Below are positions 55,301 to 64,000 of a stretch of DNA of 64,000 nucleotides, piece by piece. The translations under genes and the position numbers were made by a program. The stretch comes from the human T2T-CHM13v2.0 reference genome, Homo sapiens, in the NCBI RefSeq assembly GCF_009914755.1, contig NC_060932.1, one strand, 5' to 3'. How positions within the stretch are numbered: position 1 is the stretch's first letter; each line of letters opens with the position of its first letter. Below the pieces are notes generated by a model. That model was not told the origin of the DNA. It searched no databases and was given only the letters and a program-made list of their open reading frames with translations.

Positions 55301-56684
55301 CATGTAAAAATTAGACAGCAGCATTCTCAGAAACTTCTTTGTGGTGTCTGCATTCAAGTCACAGAATTGAACTTCCCCTCACATAGAGCAGTTGTGCAGC
55401 ACTCTATTTGTAGTATCTGGAAGTGGACATTTGGAGGGCTTTGTAGCCTATCTGGAAAAAGGAAATATCTTCCCATGAATGCGAGATAGAAGTAATCTCA
55501 GAAACATGTTTATGCTGTATCTACTCAACTAACTGTGCTGAACATTTCTATTGATAGAGCAGTTTTGAGACACTCTTCCTTTGGAATCTGCAAGTGGATA
55601 TTTGGATAGATTTGAGGATTTCGTTGGAAACGGGATGATATATAAAAAGTAGACAGCAGCATTCTCAGAAACTTCTTTGTGATGTTTGCATCCAGCTCTC
55701 AGAGTTGAACATTCCCTTTCATAGAGTAGGTTTGAAACCCTCTTTTTATAGTGTCTGGAAGCGGGCATTTGGAGCGCTTTCAGGCCTATGCTGAAAAAGG
55801 AAATATCTACCTATAGAAACTAGACAGAAGCATTCTGAGAATCACGTTTGTGATGTGGGTACTCAACTAACAGTGTTGATCCATTCTTTTGATACAGCAG
55901 TTTTGAACCACACTTTTTGTAGAATCTGCAAGTGGATATTTGGATAGCTGTGAGGATTTCGTTGGAAACGGGAATGTCTTCATAGAAAATTTAGACAGAA
56001 GCATTCTCAGAACCTTGATTGTGATGTGTGTTCTCCACTAACAGAGTTGAACCTTTCTTTAGACAGAACTGTTCTGAAACATTCTTTTTATAGAATCTGG
56101 AAGTGGATATTTGGAAAGCTTTGAGGATTTCGTTGGAAACGGGAATATCTTCAAATCAAATCTAGCCAGAAGCATTCTAAGAAACATCTTAGGGATGTTT
56201 ACATTCAAGTCACAGAGTTGAACATTCCCTTTCACAGAGCAGGTTTGAAACAATCTTCTCGTACTATTTGGCAGTGGACATTTTGAGCTCCTTGGGGCCT
56301 ATGCTGAAAAAGGAAATATCTTCCGACAAAAACTAGACAGAAGCATTCGCAGAATCACGTTTGTGATGTGTGCACTCAACTGTCAGAATTGAACCTTGGT
56401 TTGGACAGAGCACTTTTGAAACACTCTTTTTGTAGAATCTGCAGGTGGATATTTGGCTAGCTTTGAGGATTTCGTTGGAAACGGTAATGTCTTCAAAGAA
56501 AATCTAGACAGAAGCATTCTCAGAAACACCTTCGTGATGTTTGCAATCAAGTCACAGAGTTGAACCTTCCGTTTCATAGAGCAGGTTGGAAACACTCTTT
56601 TTGTAGTATCTGGAAGTGGACATTTGGAGGGCTTTGTAGCCTATGTGGAAAAAGGAAATATCTTCCCATGAATGCGAGATAGAA
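49369..56684 (+). repeat. HOR run 7,11,7,11(1869 bp),7
   Basis: Anchors 49406, 50599, 52467, 53660, 55529, 56722. Confidence 0.95.
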
Positions 56685-59600
56685 GTAATCTCAGAAACAT
56701 GTTTATGCTGTATCTACTCAACTAACTGTGCTGAACATTTCTATTGATAGAGCAGTTTTGAGACACTCTTCTTTTGGAATCTGCAAGTGGATATTTGGAG
56801 AGATTTGAGGATTTCGTTGGAAATGGGATTATATATAAAAAGTAGACAGCAGCATTCTCAGAAACTTCTTTGTGATGTTTGCATCCAGCTCTCAGAGTTG
56901 AACATTCCCTTTCATAGAGTAGGTTTGAAACCCTCTTTTTATAGTGTCTGGAAGCGGGCATTTGGAGCGCTTTCAGACCTATGCTTAAAATAGGAAATAT
57001 CTACCTACAGAAACTAGACAGAAGCATTCTGAGAATCTCGTTTGTGATGTGGGTACTCAACTAACAGTGTTGATCCATTCTTTTGATACAGCAGTTTTGA
57101 ACCACACTTTTTGTAGAATCTGCAAGAGGATATTTGGATAGCTGTGAGGATTTCGTTGGAAACGGGAATGTCTTCAAAGAAAATCTAGACAGAAGCATTC
57201 TCAGAAACACCTTCGTGATGTTTGCAATCAAGTCACAGAGTTGAACCTTCCGTTTCATAGAGCAGGTTGGAAACACTCTTATTGTAGTATCTGGAAGTGG
57301 ACATTTGGAGCGCTTTCAGGCCTATGGTGAAAAAGGAAATATCTTCCCATAAAAACGACATAGAAGCTATCTCAGGAACTTGTTTATGATGCATCTAATC
57401 AACTAACAGTGTTGAACCTTTGTACTGACAGAGCACTTTGAAACACTCTTTTTTTGGAATCTGCAAGTGGATATTTGGATCGCTTTGAGGATTTCGTTGG
57501 AAACGGGATGCAATATAAAACGTACACAGCAGCATACTCAGAAAATACTTTGCCATATTTCCATTCAAGTCACAGAGTGGAACATTCCCATTCATAGAGC
57601 AGGTTGGAAACACTCTTTTTGGAGTATCTGGAAGTGGACATTTGGAGCGCTTTCTGAACTATGGTGAAAAAGGAAATATCTTCCAATGAAAACAAGACAG
57701 AAGCATTCTGAGAAACTTATTTGTGATGTGTGTCCTCAACAAACGGACTTGAACCTTTCGTTTCATGCAGTACTTCTGGAACACTCTTTTTGAAGATTCT
57801 GCATGCGGATATTTGGATAGCTTTGAGGATTTCGTTGGAAACGGGCTTACATGTAAAAATTAGACAGCAGCATTCTCAGAAACTTCTTTGTGGTGTCTGC
57901 ATTCAAGTCACAGAATTGAACTTCCCCTCACATAGAGCAGTTGTGCAGCACTCTATTTGTAGTATCTGGAAGTGGACATTTGGAGGGCTTTGTAGCCTAT
58001 CTGGAAAAAGGAAATATCTTCCCATGAATGCGAGATAGAAGTAATCTCAGAAACATGTTTATGCTGTATCTACTCAACTAACTGTGCTGAACATTTCTAT
58101 TGATAGAGCAGTTTTGAGACCCTCTTCTTTTGGAATCTGCAAGTGGATATTTGGATAGATTTGAGGATTTCGTTGGAAACGGGATTATATATAAAAAGTA
58201 GACAGCAGCATTCTCAGAAACTTCTTTGTGATGTTTGCATCCAGCTCTCAGAGTTGAACATTCCCTTTCATAGAGTAGGTTTGAAACCCTCTTTTTATAG
58301 TGTCTGGAAGCGGGCATTTGGAGCGCTTTCAGGCCTATGCTGAAAAAGGAGATATCTACCTATAGAAACTAGACAGAAGCATTCTGAGAATCACGTTTGT
58401 GATGTGGGTACTCAACTAACAGTGTTGATCCATTCTTTTGATACAGCAGTTTTGAACCACACTTTTTGTAGAATCTGCAAGTGGATATTTGGATAGCTGT
58501 GAGGATTTCGTTGGAAACGGGAATGTCTTCATAGAAAATTTAGAGAGAAGCATTCTCAGAACCTTGATTGTGATGTGTGTTCTCCACTAACAGAGTTGAA
58601 CCTTTCTTTTGACAGAACTGTTCTGAAACATTCTTTTTATAGAATCTGGAAGTGGATATTTGGAAAGCTTTGAGGATTTCGTTGGAAACGGGAATATCTT
58701 CAAATAAAATCTAGCCAGAAGCATTCTAAGAAACATCTTAGGGATGTTTACATTCAAGTCACAGAGTTGAACATTCCCTTTCACAGAGCAGGTTTGAAAC
58801 AATCTTCTCGTACTATCTGGCAGTGGACATTTTGAGCTCTTTGGGGCCTATGCTGAAAAAGGAAATATCTTCCGACAAAAACTAGACAGAAGCATTCGCA
58901 GAATCACGTTTGTGATGTGTGCACTCAACTGTCAGAATTGAACCTTGGTTTGGAGAGAGCACTTTTGAAACACTCTTTTTGTAGAATCTGCAGGTGGATA
59001 TTTGGCTAGCTTTGAGGATTTCGTTGGAAACGGTAATGTCTTCAAAGAAAATCTAGACAGAAGCATTCTCAGAAACACCTTCGTGATGTTTGCAATCAAG
59101 TCACAGAGTTGAACCTTCCGTTTCATAGAGCAGGTTGGAAACACACTTTTTGTAGTATCTGGAAGTGGACATTTGGAGGGCTTTGTAGCCTATCTGGAAA
59201 AAGGAAATATCTTCCCATGAATGCGAGATAGAAGTAATCTGAGAAACATGTTTATGCTGTATCTACTCAACTAACTGTGCTGAACATTTCTATTGATAGA
59301 GCAGTTTTGAGACACTCTTCTTTTGGAATCTGCAAGTGGATATTTGGATAGATTTGAGGATTTCGTTGGAAACGGGATTATATATAAAAAGTAGACAGCA
59401 GCATTCTCAGAAACTTCTTTGTGATGTTTGCATCCAGCTCCCAGAGTTGAACATTCCCTTTCATAGAGTAGGTTTGAAACCCTCTTTTTATAGTGTCTGG
59501 AAGCGGGCATTTGGAGCGCTTTCAGGCCTATGCTTAAAATAGGAAATATCTACCTACAGAAACTAGACAGAAGCATTCTGAGAATCACGTTTGTGATGTG

Positions 59601-62600
59601 GGTACTCAACTAACAGTGTTGATCCATTCTTTTGATACAGCAGTTTTGAACCACACTTTTTGTAGAATCTGCAAGAGGATATTTGGATAGCTGTGAGGAT
59701 TTCGTTGGAAACGGGAATGTCTTCAAAGAAAATCTAGACAGAAGCATTCTGAGGAACACCTTCGTGATGTTTGCAATCAAGTCACAGAGTTGAACCTTCC
59801 GTTTCATAGAGCAGGTTGGAAACACTCTTATTGTAGTATCTGGAAGTGGACATTTGGAGCGCTTTCAGGCCTATGGTGAAAAAGGAAATATCTTCCCATA
59901 AAAACGACATAGAAGCTATCTCAGGAACTTGTTTATGATGCATCTAATCAACTAACAGTGTTGAACCTTTGTACTGACAGAGCACTTTGAAACACTCTTT
60001 TTTTGGAATCTGCAAGTGGATATTTGGATCGCTTTGAGGATTTCGTTGGAAACGGGATGCAATATAAAACGTACACAGCAGCATACTCAGAAAATACTTT
60101 GCCATATTTCCATTCAAGTCACAGAGTGGAACATTCCCATTCATAGAGCAGGTTGGAAACACTCTTTTTGGAGTATCTGGAAGTGGACATTTGGAGCGCT
60201 TTCTGAACTATGGTGAAAAAGGAAATATCTTCCAATGAAAACAAGACAGAAGCATTCTGAGAAACTTATTTGTGATGTGTGTCCTCAACAAACGGACTTG
60301 AACCTTTCGTTTCATGCAGTACTTCTGGAACACTCTTTTTGAAGATTCTGCATGCGGATATTTGGATAGCTTTGAGGATTTCGTTGGAAACGGGCTTACA
60401 TATAAAAATTAGACAGCAGCATTCTCAGAAACTTCTTTGTGGTGTCTGCATTCAAGTCACAGAATTGAACTTCCCCTCACATAGAGCAGTTGTGCAGCAC
60501 TCTATTTGTAGTATCTGGAAGTGGACATTTGGAGGGCTTTGTAGCCTATCTGGAAAAAGGAAATATCTTCCCATGAATGCGAGATAGAAGTAATCTCAGA
60601 AACATGTTTATGCTGTATCTACTCAACTAACTGTGCTGAACATTTCTATTGATAGAGCAGTTTTGAGACCCTCTTCTTTTGGAATCTGCAAGTGGATATT
60701 TGGATAGATTTGAGGATTTCGTTGGAAACGGGATTATATATAAAAAGTAGACAGCAGCATTCTCAGAAACTTCTTTGTGATGTTTGCATCCAGCTCTCAG
60801 AGTTGAACATTCCCTTTCATAGAGTAGGTTTGAAACCCTCTTTTTATAGTGTCTGGAAGCGGGCATTTGGAGCGCTTTCAGGCCTATGCTGAAAAAGGAA
60901 ATATCTACATATAGAAACTAGACAGAAGCATTCTGAGAATCAAGTTTGTGATGTGGGTACTCAACTAACAGTGTTGATCCATTCTTTTGATACAGCAGTT
61001 TTGAACCACACTTTTTGTAGAATCTGCAAGTGGATATTTGGATAGCTGTGAGGATTTCGTTGGAAACGGGAATGTCTTCATAGAAAATTTAGACAGAAGC
61101 ATTCTCAGAACCTTGATTGTGATGTGTGTTCTCCACTAACAGAGTTGAACCTTTCTTTTGACAGAACTGTTCTGAAACATTCTTTTTATAGAATCTGGAA
61201 GTGGATATTTGGAAAGCTTTGAGGATTTCGTTGGAAACGGGAATATCTTCAAATAAAATCTAGCCAGAAGTATTCTAAGAAACATCTTAGGGATGTTTAC
61301 ATTCAAGTCACAGAGTTGAACATTCCCTTTCACAGAGCAGGTTTGAAACAATCTTCTCGTACTATCTGGCAGTGGACATTTTGAGCTCTTTGGGGCCTAT
61401 GCTGAAAAAGGAAATATCTTCCGACAAAAACTAGTCAGAAGCATTCGCAGAATCACGTTTGTGATGTGTGCATTCAACTGTCAGAATTGAACCTTGGTTT
61501 GGAGAGAGCACTTTTGAAACACACTTTTTGTAGAATCTGCAGGTGGATATTTGGCTAGCTTTGAGGATTTCGTTGGAAACGGTAATGTCTTCAAAGAAAA
61601 TCTAGACAGAAGCATTCTCAGAAACACCTTCGTGATGTTTGCAATCAAGTCACAGAGTTGAACCTTCCGTTTCATAGAGCAGGTTGGAAACACACTTTTT
61701 GTAGTATCTGGAAGTGGACATTTGGAGGGCTTTGTAGCCTATCTGGAAAAAGGAAATATCTTCCCATGAATGCGAGATAGATGTAATCTCAGAAACATGT
61801 TTATGCTGTATCTACTCAACTAACTGTGCTGAACATTTCTATTGATAGAGCAGTTTTGAGACACTCTTCTTTTGGAATCTGCAAGTGGATATTTGGATAG
61901 ATTTGAGGATTTCGTTGGAAACGGGATTATATATAAAAAGTAGACAGCAGCATTCTCAGAAACTTCTTTGTGATGTTTGCATCCAGCTCTCAGAGTTGAA
62001 CATTCCCTTTCATAGAGTAGGTTTGAAACCCTCTTTTTATAGTGTCTGGAAGCGGGCATTTGGAGCGCTTTCAGGCCTATGCTGAAAAAGGAAATATCTA
62101 CCTATAGAAACTAGACAGAAGCATTCTGAGAATCACGTTTGTGATGTGGGTACTCAACTAACAGTGTTGATCCATTCTTTTGATACAGCAGTTTTGAACC
62201 ACACTTTTTGTAGAATCTGCAAGTGGATATTTGGATAGCTGTGAGGATTTCGTTGGAAACGGGAATGTCTTCATAGAAAATTTAGACAGAAGCATTCTCA
62301 GAACCTTGATTGTGATGTGTGTTCTCCACTAACAGAGTTGAACCTTTCTTTTGACAGAACTGTTCTGAAACATTCTTTTTATAGAATCTGGAAGTGGATA
62401 TTTGGAAAGCTTTGAGGATTTCGTTGGAAACGGGAATATCTTCAAATAAAATCTAGCCAGAAGCATTCTAAGAAACAGCTTAGGGATGTTTACATTCAAG
62501 TCACAGAGTTGAACATTCCCTTTCACAGAGCAGGTTTGAAACAATCTTCTCGTACTATCTGGCAGTGGACATTTTGAGCTCCTTGGGGCCTATGCTGAAA

Positions 62601-63650
62601 AAGGAAATATCTTCCGACAAAAACTAGACAGAAGCATTCGCAGAATCACGTTTGTGATGTGTGCACTCAACTGTCAGAATTGAACCTTGGTTTGGAGAGA
62701 GCACTCTTGAAACACTCTTTTTGTAGAATCTGCAGGTGGATATTTGGCTAGCTTTGAGGATTTCGTTGGAAACGGTAATGTCTTCAAAGAAAATCTAGAC
62801 AGAAGCATTCTCAGAAACACCTTCGTGATGTTTGCAATCAAGTCACAGAGTTGAACCTTCCGTTTCATAGAGCAGGTTGGAAACACTCTTTTTGTAGTAT
62901 CTGGAAGTGGACATTTGGAGTGCTTTCAGGCCTATGGTGAAAAAGGAAATATCTTCCCATAAAAACGACATAGAAGCTATCTCAGGAACTTGTTTATGAT
63001 GCATCTAATCAACTAACAGTGTTGAACCTTTGTACTGACAGAGCAGTTTGAAACACTCTTTTTTTGGAATCTGCAAGTGGATATTTGGATCGCTTTGAGG
63101 ATTTCGTTGGAAACGGGATGCAATATAAAACGTACACAGCAGCATACTCAGAAAATACTTTGCCATATTTCCATTCAAGTCACAGAGTGGAACATTCCCA
63201 TTCATAGAGCAGGTTGGAAACACTCTTTTTGGAGTATCTGGAAGTGGACATTTGGAGCGCTTTCTGAACTATGGTGAAAAAGGAAATATCTTCCAATGAA
63301 AACAAGACAGAAGCATTCTGAGAAACTTATTTGTGATGTGTGTCCTCAACAAACGGACTTGAACCTTTCGTTTCATGCAGTACTTCTGGAACACTCTTTT
63401 TGAAGATTCTGCATGCGGATATTTGGATAGCTTTGAGGATTTCGTTGGAAACGGGCTTACATGTAAAAATTAGACAGCAGCATTCTCAGAAACTTCTTTG
63501 TGGTGTCTGCATACAAGTCACAGAATTGAACATCCCCTCACATAGAGCAGTTGTGCAGCACTCTATTTGTAGTATCTGGAAGTGGACATTTGGAGGGCTT
63601 TGTAGCCTATCTGGAAAAAGGAAATATCTTCCCATGAATGCGAGATAGAA
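56685..63650 (+). repeat. HOR run 8,7,8,7,11
   Basis: Anchors 56722, 58078, 59271, 60627, 61820, 63688. Confidence 0.95.
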
Positions 63651-64000
63651 GTAATCTCAGAAACATGTTTATGCTGTATCTACTCAACTAACTGTGCTGA
63701 ACATTTCTATTGATAGAGCAGTTTTGAGACACTCTTCTTTTGGAATCTGCAAGTGGATATTTGGATAGATTTGAGGATTTCGTTGGAAACGGGATTATAT
63801 ATAAAAAGTAGACAGCAGCATTCTCAGAAACTTCTTTGTGATGTTTGCATCCAGCTCTCAGAGTTGAACATTCCCTTTCATAGAGTAGGTTTGAAACCCT
63901 CTTTTTATAGTGTCTGGAAGCGGGCATTTGGAGCGCTTTCAGGCCTATGCTTAAAATAGGAAATATCTACCTACAGAAACTAGACAGAAGCATTCTGAGA
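63651..64000 (+). repeat. Partial HOR (a, b), probably the start of an 8-mer
   Basis: b carries the 8-mer-linked allele 'tgcttaaaatagg'. Confidence 0.75.

Larger units (their letters stand above)
1..64000 (+). repeat. Centromeric alpha-satellite HOR array (SF2 dimeric type, probably human chr8 D8Z2), mixed 7/8/11-mer region
   Basis: ~171-bp monomers with alphoid hallmarks throughout: 'cattctcagaaactt', 'gagttgaac', 'tttgaaacactctttttgtagaatctgcaagtggatatttgg', 'aaaaggaaatatct' and the CENP-B box tttcgttggaaacggga. The ORF track recurs with periods 1193/1356/1868 bp. Alpha-satellite call is certain; the chromosome assignment (~0.8) rests on recalled HOR sizes. Confidence 0.99.

Noticed and set aside
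223-63800. CRISPR-like regularly spaced conserved motif (gaggatttcgttggaaacgg)
   Set aside because: It is the CENP-B box region. The intervening sequences are 150-320 bp, themselves repetitive rather than unique spacers, and there are no cas genes.
136-63959. Numerous recurring 64-102 aa ORFs on both strands (MPASRH..., MDIWI..., MSSTNG..., MFPTCS...)
   Set aside because: They are translations of alphoid monomers. They mostly begin at GTG/TTG-type alternative codons, overlap on both strands, gain stops freely through SNPs and resemble no real domain I recognise.
1-64000. Inversions, L1/Alu insertions or monomeric divergent alphoid
   Set aside because: Unit lengths sum exactly (18x1356-1 + 20x1193 + 8x1868+2 = 63213 = 63651-438), leaving no room for inserts. 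All boxes read in the same orientation.
1-64000. Assignment to D13Z1/D21Z1 (also SF2 11-mers) or D14/D22 (8-mer)
   Set aside because: Co-occurring 4/7/8/11 variants of a single 11-mer fit D8Z2 better. This was not verified by alignment, so these arrays are disfavoured rather than excluded.
1-64000. A novel coding or 'barcode' system in the 7/8/11 order
   Set aside because: Shared SNPs show the order is explained by nested duplications and recombination. Nothing in the sequence indicates encoded information or a new biological system.

Overview
The whole 64 kb is one uninterrupted, head-to-tail primate (human-type) centromeric alpha-satellite array of ~171-bp monomers in a single orientation. 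I see no genes, RNA genes, transposon insertions or inversions. All ORFs in the track are chance translations of the satellite. Eleven monomer types (here a-k) form three interleaved higher-order repeat (HOR) variants when phased at monomer a ('gtaatctcagaaacatg'): an 11-mer (1868 bp, a-k), an 8-mer (1356 bp, a b c/f g h i j k) and a 7-mer (1193 bp, a b c d e f g/k). Order of the 46 complete units from 438 to 63650: 8 8 8 8 7 11 8 7 11 11 7 7 8 8 7 11 11 7 7 8 7 7 8 8 7 7 8 7 7 8 7 7 8 8 8 8 7 11 7 11 7 8 7 8 7 11 (18 8-mers, 20 7-mers, 8 11-mers). Phased at monomer g, 681-bp 4-mers also appear. A 4/7/8/11 set built on a ~1.87-kb 11-mer with CENP-B boxes in roughly alternate monomers best fits the chromosome 8 live array D8Z2 (SF2); this is recalled, not aligned. 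I found no new gene system. The notable structure is in the array itself: two deletion junctions, variant-dependent CENP-B box content, recombinant HORs, and nested multi-kb duplications traced through shared SNPs.
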